Assembly: GCA_963700695.1 (NCBI GenBank)
Contig: CAVOYO010000012.1
Coordinates: 100,393 to 164,392 of the forward strand
Origin: an uncultured Acidobacteriota bacterium
GTDB lineage: Bacteria > Acidobacteriota > Vicinamibacteria > Fen-336
Direction of reading: 5' to 3'
Length of the DNA: 64,000 nucleotides
Below the pieces are notes generated by a model. That model was not told the origin of the DNA. It made no database searches and worked only from the letters and a program-made list of their open reading frames with translations. Shown here piece by piece: positions 38,748-48,315 of the stretch (position 1 is the first letter of the stretch; each line of letters begins with the position of its first letter). A program made the position numbers and the translations under genes.

Positions 38748-39569
38748 CTATCCGAGCGCGGTGTCGAGGACCATCATCAGGGCGAAGCCAAGGAGCGCGC
38801 CGATCGTCGGGGCGTCCGTGTCTCCGGCGCGCTGGGCCTCCGGGATGAGCTCCTCCACGACCACGAAGATCATGGCCCCCGCGGCGAAGGCGAGGGCGTA
38901 GGGCAGGATCCCGCGGATCTGAAGGACGACCACTGCCCCGAGGACTGCGGCGATCGGCTCGACGATCCCCGACAGCTGGCCGTACCAGAAGCTCCGGAAG
39001 GGCGAGACCCCCTCCCGCCGGAGAGGAAACGACACCGCCGTTCCCTCCGGGACGTTCTGAAGCCCCATGCCGAGGGCGAGGGCGACGGCCCCTCCGATCG
39101 TCGCTTCGGGAAAGCCGCTGGCTGCGGCCCCGAAGGCGACCCCGACCGCCAGCCCTTCGGGGATGTTGTGAAGCGTGATGGCGAGCACGAGCAGGGTCTG
39201 GCGCCGCCACGTCGTGTGGATGCCCTCCGCCTGCTCGGTCGCCAGCCGGGGGTGAACGTGCGGCAGGATCTTGTCCACGGCGAAGAGGCCCAGCCCGCCG
39301 ACGAGGAAGCCGATGGACACCGGGACCCAGACCGGCAGCGGTCCCTCTTCCGCCAGCTCCAGCGCGGGGGCGAGGAGCGACCAGAAGCTTGCCGCGATCA
39401 TGACCCCGGCCGCGGCGCCGAGCGCGGTGTCGAGGGCGCGGCGGCTCGGCTCGCGTTTGACGAAGACGGCGGCGGCCCCGAATGCGGTCATGCCCCACGT
39501 GAAGCAGCCGGCGAGCAGCGCCTGCTGCGCCGGGGGCAAGGTCTCCAGTGTGGCGATGATGTCAGGCAT
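38748..39569 (-). CDS. ZIP-family metal (zinc) transporter, ZupT-like
   Basis: 8 TM; HNIPEGLAVG and GxxxxHxxPEG-type motifs. Confidence 0.8.
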   Translation of the reverse strand: MPDIIATLETLPPAQQALLAGCFTWGMTAFGAAAVFVKREPSRRALDTALGAAAGVMIAASFWSLLAPALELAEEGPLPVWVPVSIGFLVGGLGLFAVDKILPHVHPRLATEQAEGIHTTWRRQTLLVLAITLHNIPEGLAVGVAFGAAASGFPEATIGGAVALALGMGLQNVPEGTAVSFPLRREGVSPFRSFWYGQLSGIVEPIAAVLGAVVVLQIRGILPYALAFAAGAMIFVVVEELIPEAQRAGDTDAPTIGALLGFALMMVLDTALG

Positions 39570-39663
39570 CTCTCACTCCCGCCTCGCCGCTTCCGCTCCC
39601 GGGCGAGGCTCGAGGCGCGGAAGCGCGCGTTTCCGCCGCCGAGTGGTGCGATCATAGCCGACG

Positions 39664-40635
39664 GTGACCTTCGTGAGAGGACCCGTGGGGAGAAGACGAC
39701 CGAGACGCGGGCGGTCATGGAGCGAGGGGGGTGTCGCCGGCGGCCTGGCTATGCTGCTCCTGGTGGCGTGCCATGGCCCCACCTCCGGGGCTCCGGGCGC
39801 TCGGGGTCAGGGCACTCCGGGCAGCGCCCTCGTGTACGGAGGGGGGCCGGAGGATGCCCGGGACCTCTACATCGTGCCGGTCGAGGGGGGGCCGCCGAGG
39901 CAGCTGACGAGCCATGCCGCCAGCGACGGACTGCCGCGGTGGACCCGAGACGGCCGGGGGGTCCTCTTCACCTCGAAGCGCTCGGGGAACTGGCAGATCT
40001 GGAAGATCCCGGTGGACGGAGGCGAGCCCGAGCGTGTGCTCGTCAACGAGCATCGCGAGTGGCAGATCGACGAGTCCCCGGACGGCCGCTTCCTCGCCTT
40101 CCTCTCGAATCGGGAGGGCCCCGAGTTCCTCTGGATCCTGAACCAGGAGACGGGCGACCTGCGGCCCCTCGTGCGCCACGGCCAGCGCACGGTCATGGGC
40201 AATCCGCACTGGAGTCCCGACGGGACGCGCATCGTCTTCTCCTCCAACTGGGAGAGCGGGCACCAGATCTACGTCGTGGAGGTGGCCTCCGGCGAGGCCC
40301 GCCGGATCTCGCCGGTGGGCGGCTGCGAGCCGCGGTTCAACCCGAGGGGCACGAGAGTCGTCTACGTCCACCGCCGTCCCCGCGATGACAAGGACGTGAG
40401 CGCAATCGTCGAGCACGATCTCGCCACCGGAGAGGAGACGGTTCTCGTCGACTGGCCGGCCCTCAACTACGATCCGGTCTACTCGCCCGACGGCTCGGAG
40501 ATCGCCTTCGCCTCCACCATGACCGGCCGCTGGGAGATCTACCGGCACCGCCTGGCCGACGGCGAGTCCCGTCAGGTGACCTTCGCGAAAGCCGACGCCC
40601 GGTATCCCGACTACCGTCCCGCCTCTCGGCCGTGA
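39664..40635 (+). CDS. TolB-like beta-propeller lipoprotein
   Basis: LLLVACHG lipobox; repeated HWSPDGTRIVF / YSPDGSEIAF blades; GTG start, exact start uncertain. Confidence 0.7.
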   Translation: MTFVRGPVGRRRPRRGRSWSEGGVAGGLAMLLLVACHGPTSGAPGARGQGTPGSALVYGGGPEDARDLYIVPVEGGPPRQLTSHAASDGLPRWTRDGRGVLFTSKRSGNWQIWKIPVDGGEPERVLVNEHREWQIDESPDGRFLAFLSNREGPEFLWILNQETGDLRPLVRHGQRTVMGNPHWSPDGTRIVFSSNWESGHQIYVVEVASGEARRISPVGGCEPRFNPRGTRVVYVHRRPRDDKDVSAIVEHDLATGEETVLVDWPALNYDPVYSPDGSEIAFASTMTGRWEIYRHRLADGESRQVTFAKADARYPDYRPASRP

Positions 40636-40879
40636 TTCCGGCCTGGCCCGGCCGAGGACAGGGTCGTTCCGAGTCGCGAACCGGCGGTGGCCGGTTGCTG
40701 GAGGCAAGGACAGGGTGTCACTCTGAGTTCTGAACCAGCGCCTCGCCGGCTGCCGGAAGCAAGAACAGTCATTGAAGGCTCCCTTCTGTGGCCGGAGCCT
40801 GAAGAATCTCTCCGACAGGCCAACGGAGAGATCCTTCGTCGCACGTCCGCGACTGGCTCCTGCCCGAAACCCCGGATCG
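40636..40879. repeat. Composite intergenic repeat cluster (three imperfect ~52-nt tandem units + conserved 3' module), family shared with 57309..57701
   Basis: Tandem units gacagggtcgttccgagtcgc|gaaccggcggtggccggttgctggaggcaag, gacagggtgtcactctgagttct|gaaccagcgcctcgccggctgccggaagcaag, aacagtcattgaaggctcc.... The module ccaacggagagatccttcgtcgc is >85% identical to segments at 57578-57625 and 57659-57690. Confidence 0.65.
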
Positions 40880-41716
40880 TCAGAACGGATTGTCGGCCAT
40901 CCTCTTTCGCAGGAACTTGATGGTCCGCGGCCAGGCCTTCTCCGAGGCCTTCTTGTTGGCGCCGTCGCGTCCGCTCTGGTTTCTCAAGAAGCCGTGCCCG
41001 GCGCCCTCGTAGATCTCCCGCTCGTAGGTCCTCTTGCGGGACTTCATCTTCTTCGCCGCCGGCGGGATGGTGGCGTTGACCCGGGCGTCGTCGCCGCCGT
41101 ACAGGCCGAGCACCGGCGCCTCGATGAGGCCCAGGGCGTCCTCGTCGGGTGAGCTGCCGTAGTACACGACCGCCGCATCGAGCGCGGGCCGGGCCGCAGC
41201 GTAGCCGAAGCTGCGCGATCCGCCCCAGCAGAATCCCATCGTGGCGACCCCCCCGTTGGCGGCCGGGATCTGGAGGGCGAAGCTGCGGACCGCGTCGAGC
41301 CGTCGGTTCGCCTCGTCGGGGGTCAGCCCACGGATGAGCTTGACCACGTCGTCGCGGCTGCCCGCGGAGTCGGTCCCTCCGCCCCCGGGCCCCAGGCCCG
41401 AGATCAGGTCGGGCACCACCGCGATGAAGCCTTCTGCCGCCAGCTGGTCTCCGACCGCCCGGATCCAGTCGGTGAGGCCGTAGATCTCGTGGATCACGAT
41501 CACGACTGGGCCCTTCTCGGCGCGCTCCGGGTAGACGACGAAGGTGCGGATCTTCGTGTCCGGGGTGTAGGAGATGTCCACCCACTCGCCGTGGCGGGGC
41601 GAGGACTCGAGGGCCGCCGCGGCGCCCTCAGCGTCGGGAGGCAATCCCTGGGCGGACGCGGCCGGCACCGCTCCGGCGAGGGCGAGACCGAGGACGATCG
41701 TCAATGCTCGCGACAT
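40880..41716 (-). CDS. Dienelactone hydrolase family protein, exported
   Basis: MSRALTIVLGLALAGAVPAASAQG signal; VVIVIHEIYGL...GFCWGG (nucleophile elbow)...GAGHGF; GAGGAGG SD before ATG 41716. Confidence 0.75.
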   Translation of the reverse strand: MSRALTIVLGLALAGAVPAASAQGLPPDAEGAAAALESSPRHGEWVDISYTPDTKIRTFVVYPERAEKGPVVIVIHEIYGLTDWIRAVGDQLAAEGFIAVVPDLISGLGPGGGGTDSAGSRDDVVKLIRGLTPDEANRRLDAVRSFALQIPAANGGVATMGFCWGGSRSFGYAAARPALDAAVVYYGSSPDEDALGLIEAPVLGLYGGDDARVNATIPPAAKKMKSRKRTYEREIYEGAGHGFLRNQSGRDGANKKASEKAWPRTIKFLRKRMADNPF

Positions 41717-41870
41717 GCGTGCCTCCTCTCGGCGGGCGTTCCCCGTGAGAGCCGGGCGATCGCGGGGACAGCAGGGTCTTTCGTTGCGAAGACCTAGTAT
41801 TGCTCTGCGCGGGACGTGCGTCGAGCCCCCGTCATGCCACGGCCCTGCGCCGTTGTGGCAGGATGGAAGG

Positions 41871-43157
41871 ATGCGTCCCTCCGCCGCTCTCGGCGTATCG
41901 GTCGCCTTCGTCCTGCTGCTGTCCGGCTGCCGCGAGGCGGCACAGGGGCTCGGGGCGGGCCCCGCGGGGCCGGCGGCGGCCGACGACCTCGTCGTCGCCA
42001 TCGCCACCCGTTTCGGCCCGATCGAGCGCGGCGCCCGGTTCGACGCCGCCCGGCCCAAGCTGGCCCGGTCCGCGCTGGTGCCCTCGCGCGTCTTCGATGA
42101 GCCGGGTGTCTGGACGGCGCGGGAGGGGGACTGGCGTCAGATGGACTTCTTCGGGCACCGGGACGGCGAGGCGTACCGGCTCGACGTGCGAGAGTCCGCT
42201 CCGCCCCCGACGGAGCCGGGCGACTACCGGGGTCGCCTGCGCCTGCACCGCATCGAGGATGGCCGGTATGAGTGGAGGATGCGTCAGGAGCTGGCAGTGG
42301 GTCGCCTGCGCGTCGGCGACGTTGCGGAGGCCGCCACCGCGCTGCTCCGCAGCGCCGAAGGTGTCTCCTCGGAGGAGGCCCGAAGCCGTGCCGCGCGGAG
42401 CTTTCCCCGGGCCACCGCGGCCTTCTCCCGTCTCTTCGACCTGGAGACCCTCGAGCTCAAGCCGGAGGGCGGGGGCGCGACGGCGGTCGACCTCGGGATC
42501 CGCCTGACGCCGGAGCGGATCCGGACAGCCATGCCCCGCTACGCCGCCTTCCTGGAGAAGCACGCGGCCCCGATGCGGTGGAACGCGACGCTGACCGACG
42601 CCTCCGGCGCCGCCTGGTGGACGGTGGAGTTCGAGGAGCTTCGGTGGAGGATCCGGTTCCGGGTGCGCGACGGGAGCCTCGTGCCCCTCGAGGGTCCCGC
42701 CGACCGGAGGATACCCTCGCGGCTGCGCGTGGCCTTCGACTACTCGACGAAGGCCGGCCTCTTCACCTTCGGGGTTCGGGGGCTGGTCGCCGACGTCACC
42801 CTCACGCGCCTTCCGGGGGAGAAAGGATACGCGGCGAGCTTCCGCCAGGAGCCCGAGTGGCGACTGCCCTTCCTCGTCAAACCGCTTCTCCGCAGCTCGC
42901 TGCGCTACGCCTTCGAAGGGACGGGCTCGTCGTCGGCGTTCGCCCTGCGGGAGCAGACGGATGGACCCACCGAGCTCGTCCGGGAGTTCGACACCCGGGT
43001 GCGCGAGAGCTGGATCGTCAAGTGGATCGGTGGCGTGGGCGACGCTGCGATGAGCGACTTCCGCAAGGGCGCGGAGTCGGAGTCCGACCGCTACAGCCAA
43101 GAATGCCTGTACGCGCTGCGCGACGACGTCGTGACGCTCCTCAGCGGAGCCAGCTGA
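41871..43157 (+). CDS. Hypothetical lipoprotein
   Basis: MRPSAALGVSVAFVLLLSGC lipobox; coherent non-repetitive 428-aa sequence; family unknown. Upstream part of the track ORF is antisense to the hydrolase gene. Confidence 0.5.
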   Translation: MRPSAALGVSVAFVLLLSGCREAAQGLGAGPAGPAAADDLVVAIATRFGPIERGARFDAARPKLARSALVPSRVFDEPGVWTAREGDWRQMDFFGHRDGEAYRLDVRESAPPPTEPGDYRGRLRLHRIEDGRYEWRMRQELAVGRLRVGDVAEAATALLRSAEGVSSEEARSRAARSFPRATAAFSRLFDLETLELKPEGGGATAVDLGIRLTPERIRTAMPRYAAFLEKHAAPMRWNATLTDASGAAWWTVEFEELRWRIRFRVRDGSLVPLEGPADRRIPSRLRVAFDYSTKAGLFTFGVRGLVADVTLTRLPGEKGYAASFRQEPEWRLPFLVKPLLRSSLRYAFEGTGSSSAFALREQTDGPTELVREFDTRVRESWIVKWIGGVGDAAMSDFRKGAESESDRYSQECLYALRDDVVTLLSGAS

Positions 43158-43249
43158 ACCTTGCGGTTGGTGGGGGTCGCCGTGGGCTGCCCTGGGGCGC
43201 CAGGCGGTCATGTGGGCCATGCGCCGGGGCTGACCCGAAGCTGCTCGGC

Positions 43250-44419
43250 TCAGCCTCCGGCAGGGAAGAGCGACGAGCTCTGCAGATCGGCGAGGAGAGA
43301 CTGCACGGGCAGGATGTCGATGCCGTCCGCGGTTCTCTGTCGACGGCTGCCGCGACAGACAACGATGCGCCGCTTCAGCCCGGGTAGGTTCCCGATGGCC
43401 CGAAGGCCCCGCAGGTCAGCCTCGAAGACCCTCTGGCCGGCCCGCACCTCGAGGGCCACGAGCTCGTCGCCCCGGCGCAGCACGAAGTCCACCTCGAGGC
43501 TCGACCCCTTGCCGGGGGCCCAGTACCCCCAGTCCTCGAAGAGACCGCGGTAGTCCCGATAGGCGCGAAGCACACAGGCCACCCACCCCTCGAAGAGATG
43601 CCCTCGTTCCTCCGCACCGGGTGGTCCGATCTGTCGCTTCATTGCCCGCGGGAGACCTGGATCCGCCCAGTACAGCTTCGGATGGCGGCGCTCACGGACC
43701 CGGAGCCTGGCCTCGAAGGCCGGCAGCCGAAACGCCAGGAGGGTGTCCTCGAGGATCTCGAGGTAGGCCGACACCGTGGAGCGGGCCGCCCCTGCGTCAC
43801 GGGCGATGCCGGAGACGTTCATCACCTCGCCGTGGAAGACGGCCGCCACCGGGAGAAAGCGGGCGAACCCCGGCAGGTTCCGCACCAACGCCTCGGCCTG
43901 CACCTCCTCCTTGAGATAGAGCTGCGCATAGGCGGTGAGTGCCTCACCCCGATCGGGAGCGGTCCAGACGACGGGAAGGGTGCCGTACCGAAGCGCCTCG
44001 TCGAGATCGAAGTCCTGGCCGAGCTCTTCCGGCAGGAAGGGGTGGAGGTGCCGACGCACGGCCCGCCCGGCCAGCAGGTTGGTCCCCGCGGTCTTGAGCT
44101 TGCGCGCGCTCGACCCACACAGGACGAAGCGCAGCCCGCGATCCTCGATGTGGCGATGGACCTCGTTCAGCAAAGCCGGGAGGCGCTGAACCTCGTCGAC
44201 GATGACGAGGGAGTCGGGAGGCAGGGTGCGGAGCTCTCCCGCGAAGGCCCCGGCATCGGCGAGATAGGATTGGTAGAGTGCCTCGTCCAGCAGGTCAACC
44301 CGGTGCCCCTCCGGGAAGACGGCGCGGAGCCAGGTGCTCTTACCGGCGCCCCTTGGCCCGAAGAGGAAGAACGAGCCCCTGGGTGGGGCCAGCATGCGGG
44401 AGTAGATCCGTTTGCTCAT
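43250..44419 (-). CDS. AAA-family ATPase (DUF4143-type)
   Basis: FLFGPRGAGKST Walker A; LVIVDEVQRLP Walker B; C-terminal DUF4143-like region (EVDFV...). Common solitary ATPase family. Confidence 0.7.
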   Translation of the reverse strand: MSKRIYSRMLAPPRGSFFLFGPRGAGKSTWLRAVFPEGHRVDLLDEALYQSYLADAGAFAGELRTLPPDSLVIVDEVQRLPALLNEVHRHIEDRGLRFVLCGSSARKLKTAGTNLLAGRAVRRHLHPFLPEELGQDFDLDEALRYGTLPVVWTAPDRGEALTAYAQLYLKEEVQAEALVRNLPGFARFLPVAAVFHGEVMNVSGIARDAGAARSTVSAYLEILEDTLLAFRLPAFEARLRVRERRHPKLYWADPGLPRAMKRQIGPPGAEERGHLFEGWVACVLRAYRDYRGLFEDWGYWAPGKGSSLEVDFVLRRGDELVALEVRAGQRVFEADLRGLRAIGNLPGLKRRIVVCRGSRRQRTADGIDILPVQSLLADLQSSSLFPAGG

Positions 44420-44671
44420 TATGCCGTCATTTTGTCCCGAAAAATGACGGCATGCAAGGCTGCCAGGGCCCCGACCAGGCGACGGTGGAGGCGTTCTACC
44501 GCCTCCGGCTCACCCCCAACGTGCGCCTCTGTGGCCGCAGCCCGGACCAGGGCGTTTGGCTGCGGGCCGTCGGGATCCTGGACGCGCGGCGCCTCCGCTA
44601 AGGCGGAGGCGCGCCGGGTTCTCAAGGCAGAGAGCCCGGCCAATCCCGCCCCTGGCCCGACAGGGTCTGAC

Positions 44672-46621
44672 TCAGGAGCAGCCGCAGCCGCTCCCGCAGC
44701 CTCCCTGGTGGGCCTGCGGGCCCGCCCGCTGGGTCGCCTTCTCGGTCGCCGCGCCCTGGCCGTTGCCGTTGGCCGGGGCAGCGTGCTGGTGGCCGTCTCC
44801 GTTCCCGTTGCCGCTCTCCACGGACACCACCGGCAGCTTGCGCTTGAGGGCGTTCGGAAGCTCGACGGGGCGGTTCCCGGCGTAGATCTGGTGGCGTCCC
44901 TTCTCTGCGAACCAGTCCTTGGTCGTGGCCACCTGGCGCATCTCCTCGATGATGTTCCGCCAGCCCACCCCGGTGTTGTAGGCGCAGAAGGAGATCTCGC
45001 CCTCCTGGGTCCCGTAGGGGATGACGCACATCTCGGTCCGGCGGAAGTCGTAGTTCCACAGGTCCTGGAACCACATGCTCAGGATCGAGGTCATGCGCCA
45101 GTCACTCTTCTTTCCGGAGTCCTCGCCCTTGACCGTGCCCCCCATCTTCCCGTTGAAGAGCCGCAGCATCTCCATGGGGGTCATCCCCTTAGGTGCCTTC
45201 TCCTTGTCGAAGTTCCGGAGGAACGAGAGGCCGACCTGAGTGAGCGTGAGCGTCCTCCCCCGGGCGGAGTCGACGATCACGTCGAGGTCGCGGAAGAACT
45301 GGTCGAGGTTGAAGAACGACATGAGCGTGGCCCACTCGCCGGTCTTGTGGTTGGCCACCATCATCGTGGCCGCCCCGCAGTTGGGGTGGCAGCCGCAGTT
45401 GAGCTGACCGAAGTCGGACTCGGGCCCCTTCATGTGGTCGGCGAGGGCGGCGAAGGCGGTCGAGGCCCCCAGCGGATACCAGTCGCGGTAGGGGTCGATC
45501 TTGCCACCGTAGTGCTTCGCCAGGTCGTGGGCCAGGTGCGAGGTCGTGTAGCGCTGCTTCAGCCGGTCCTCGTCGCTGATCTCCTCGTCCCGGCCGGTGA
45601 ACGACACCGGCTGGAAGGCCGGGCCGCCCATCTTGTCGTGGTTCTTCAGGCAGAAGTCGAAGATCGGCCCCACCATGTGGTTGTTGACGCCGTTGACGAC
45701 CGTCACTACTGGGGTGATACGAATCCCGGCAGCGGCGATGTTGTCGATGGCGATCTTCCGGACGTCGAACAGGTTCGTGATGTGGCGGTGCGAGTTGGCC
45801 TCGTTGGTGGTCCCGTCGAACTGCAGGTACACCATGTCGAGCCCCGCCTCCTTCGCCTGGACGGCGAACTCGGGCTCGAGGGCGAAGCGGATCCCGTTCG
45901 TCGCGGCCTGGATGAGCTTGTAGCCCACCTTCTTCGCGTAGGCGCAGGCCTCGAGGAAGTGGGGCGACATCGTGGGCTCGCCCCCGGAGTACTGCACCAC
46001 CATCTGCCGCCGGGGCTTGAAGGAGATCGAGTCGTCCAGGATCTTCTTGATCTCGTCGAGCGTCAGCTCGTGCACGTACCCCACCTGGTTGGCGTCCATG
46101 AAGCAGGGGTTGCACATCATGTTGCATCGATTCGTGAGGTCGACGGTCAGGACGGCCCCGCGACCGTAGCGGACGTTCGAGGTGCCGTGGCGGTGCACGA
46201 GCTTGTCGCCGAACGTGCGGAAGTCACGGCCCGGGTAGCGGCTCTCGATGACCTTGTCGAACTCGACGTCGATGGAGCGGATGTCGTCAAACGTGCCGTG
46301 CTGGGGGCAGGTCTTGGAGACCCACAGCTCCTTGCCCTTCTCGTAGAACGTGGCCTTGATCTCGCCGATGTTGCCGTCGACGAGGTCCTTGAGGTCGCGC
46401 TCCCCGTTCAGGATCTGCCTCCGGGTCTCGATGACGCACTGGGGACAGAGCGAGTCGGTCTCTCGGGGGTAGCCGAGGGGAGGCCGCGTCCGCTCGTGCG
46501 ATTTCGGTATCGGCCCCGGCGCCCAGTCCGGCTCGACCGAGCGCCCCTCGGGGACACGGGCGTTGACCGACTGAAAGGCCCGCCAGGCGAGATCGCCGAT
46601 CTGCTGCAGCGTCGTCTCCAT
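44672..46621 (-). CDS. Large radical SAM protein with N-terminal rubredoxin/zinc-ribbon-like CxxC...CxxH motif and Gly/Cys-rich C-terminal tail
   Basis: VDLTNRCNMMCNPCF = CxxxCxxC radical-SAM cluster motif; N-term CPQC...(26)...CPQHG; internal NCGCHPNCG; C-term GGCGSGCGCS; 649 aa. Confidence 0.8.
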   Translation of the reverse strand: METTLQQIGDLAWRAFQSVNARVPEGRSVEPDWAPGPIPKSHERTRPPLGYPRETDSLCPQCVIETRRQILNGERDLKDLVDGNIGEIKATFYEKGKELWVSKTCPQHGTFDDIRSIDVEFDKVIESRYPGRDFRTFGDKLVHRHGTSNVRYGRGAVLTVDLTNRCNMMCNPCFMDANQVGYVHELTLDEIKKILDDSISFKPRRQMVVQYSGGEPTMSPHFLEACAYAKKVGYKLIQAATNGIRFALEPEFAVQAKEAGLDMVYLQFDGTTNEANSHRHITNLFDVRKIAIDNIAAAGIRITPVVTVVNGVNNHMVGPIFDFCLKNHDKMGGPAFQPVSFTGRDEEISDEDRLKQRYTTSHLAHDLAKHYGGKIDPYRDWYPLGASTAFAALADHMKGPESDFGQLNCGCHPNCGAATMMVANHKTGEWATLMSFFNLDQFFRDLDVIVDSARGRTLTLTQVGLSFLRNFDKEKAPKGMTPMEMLRLFNGKMGGTVKGEDSGKKSDWRMTSILSMWFQDLWNYDFRRTEMCVIPYGTQEGEISFCAYNTGVGWRNIIEEMRQVATTKDWFAEKGRHQIYAGNRPVELPNALKRKLPVVSVESGNGNGDGHQHAAPANGNGQGAATEKATQRAGPQAHQGGCGSGCGCS

Positions 46622-46673
46622 CGTCCTCTGCCTCCTCCCGCCCGCCGGCGCGCGTGGGCGCCCGCGGGACCGA

Positions 46674-47783
46674 TCAATGCACGGTGTCCGTCTTGTGGCT
46701 GGACCCGGCTGCCCCCGTGTCCGTCACGTGGTGCGTCACTCCCGCGGCGTCGAGGGCCCGCGCCGTCTCGGCGCCGACCCGCGACGTGGTCTCGACCCAG
46801 CGAACCCGTCCGCCGAGGCGCTCGAGGAGCCGACGGCGAGCCCAGGGCCGATCGAGACCCCCCGGCCACCGCGGCCCGAGACCGCGACACGAGGCCTCGA
46901 GCCACCCGCCCGACAGGACCATCTTGTGGGGCCGAAGCTCGGCGACGTCCTTGTCCGTACGTGCCTCCTGGCCCAGGGCGGTCGTCGTGAGGCCGTCGCC
47001 GACGAAGCCCGCGAGGGCGAGGCGCGTCCCCAGGTCCACCCGGGGGCCTTCGAGGTAGGCCACGTCGCCCTCGGCTGCCGGGTGGGCCCGCAGCCACGGC
47101 TCGAGCCGCGCCATCGCACCGCCGTGGGTCAGGCGGGCGAGCCCTTCCGGGGCTGCGTGCCAGTACGCCTCGCTCCCGGGGTCGATCTGCCGCGACACGG
47201 CGCGGAAGGACTGCGCCCGCTCCGCAGTGTCGAGGATCGAGCCCAGCTCCAGAAAGCGCTCCAGGGGCAGCAGGCCCTCCTCCTCGGGCAGGCCCTCCGC
47301 CACGACCGTGGCGCTGCCGAGTCGGCCCTCCCGACGCAGGCGCTCCGCGCGCTCGACGCTCTCGGGATCCGTGGCGAAAACCGCCCGGACCCCGGCCTGG
47401 CGCAAGATGTCGACGAGGACGGCGTCGGCGAGGTCGTGCTCGAGGCCGACCGACGCCGACCCGAAGCCCATGGCCGCGAAGTCCACGACCGGCCAGAGCC
47501 AGCTGAGCCGGCCGAAGACCGCCACCCGGTCCCCCGGCTCCACCCCCAGCCTCTCCCGGCCGAAGAGGGCGGTGCGGATCGCCAGGCGGTCCAGCTTCCA
47601 GTCGGGCACGAACTCGAATCCACCGTCCGACGGCCAGGCCATGACCGCCGGTCGGACGTGGTGCCGCAGGCCGAGGTCGTAGAGACCGGCCACCGTCTCC
47701 GGGATGCGGTGCAGAGGCCGCGGGCCCTGGCGTCTGGGGGCGTCGTCCCCAAAGACGTCTTCCGCGGTGATGTAGAGCAGCAT
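46674..47783 (-). CDS. AMP-binding (adenylate-forming) N-domain-like protein with degenerate P-loop, truncated (369 aa)
   Basis: Classic ANL N-terminal block GVEPGDRVAVFGRLSWLWPVVDFAAMGFGSASVGLE, but SGTTGxPKG is replaced by AAPEGLARLTHGG; no C-terminal subdomain. 52-nt gap to the radical SAM start. Confidence 0.55.
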   Translation of the reverse strand: MLLYITAEDVFGDDAPRRQGPRPLHRIPETVAGLYDLGLRHHVRPAVMAWPSDGGFEFVPDWKLDRLAIRTALFGRERLGVEPGDRVAVFGRLSWLWPVVDFAAMGFGSASVGLEHDLADAVLVDILRQAGVRAVFATDPESVERAERLRREGRLGSATVVAEGLPEEEGLLPLERFLELGSILDTAERAQSFRAVSRQIDPGSEAYWHAAPEGLARLTHGGAMARLEPWLRAHPAAEGDVAYLEGPRVDLGTRLALAGFVGDGLTTTALGQEARTDKDVAELRPHKMVLSGGWLEASCRGLGPRWPGGLDRPWARRRLLERLGGRVRWVETTSRVGAETARALDAAGVTHHVTDTGAAGSSHKTDTVH

Positions 47784-47787
47784 GGTG

Positions 47788-48315
47788 TCAGCCTCGCAAA
47801 CGTTCCCAGAGTGTGTCGACCAGAGGGTCCCTTATCCCGTGCAGCTCCATCGCGTGCACCAGCGTTCTCACATACTCGGCGCCCGTACCCACGGCCCCGT
47901 GCGCCGCCCTCAGGCGGGCCTCCACCGCCTCCAGGCTCGAGCTGGACGTGGGGGAGCCGTTGCCGTTGGCGTTTCGCGAGACCCAGACCACCGCGTCGAC
48001 GGGCCCGTCCGGGGTCTCCACCGCGCGGGTCTCCCGCCGGCGCTCACGCGTGCCCTCTCGCTTCTCCAGCACCCGCATGACGCGGGCCCGGTCGACGCCG
48101 GGCACGTCGAAGACCAGGCCCCAGCACTCGCCCCCGGGCGAGAGCCCGAGGATGGGGCATGGCGAGTCGGGGCGGCCCCAGCGCTGGTGGGACTCGTGGA
48201 GGAACGCCCGATGGAACCCGGCCAGCCGGCCCGGCCGCGTGCCGTACCGGGCCAGCACCGCGTCCCCCATGAGACTCCCGTAAGCGAACACCTGGGGCAA
48301 CAACTCTCTCCCCAA
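47788..48315 (-). CDS. Gamma-glutamyl cyclotransferase-like (AIG2/GGCT fold) protein
   Basis: VFAYGSLM N-terminal GGCT signature; 175 aa; 4-nt gap to the AMP-binding-like gene. Confidence 0.6.
   Translation of the reverse strand: MGRELLPQVFAYGSLMGDAVLARYGTRPGRLAGFHRAFLHESHQRWGRPDSPCPILGLSPGGECWGLVFDVPGVDRARVMRVLEKREGTRERRRETRAVETPDGPVDAVVWVSRNANGNGSPTSSSSLEAVEARLRAAHGAVGTGAEYVRTLVHAMELHGIRDPLVDTLWERLRG

Noticed and set aside
40657-40800. Possible degenerate CRISPR-like array (three ~52-nt units)
   Set aside because: Units are imperfect (~70-80% identity) with no separable constant repeat vs unique spacer. No cas genes are in the window. The same modules recur as single copies at 57.5 kb. 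More consistent with MITE/REP-type composite repeats.
43598-46990. 1130-aa plus-strand ORF
   Set aside because: Antisense to the radical SAM and AAA-ATPase genes. Composition is extremely biased (G/R/V/A/P/E/D-rich) with no recognisable domain. Treated as an antisense artefact of the GC bias.
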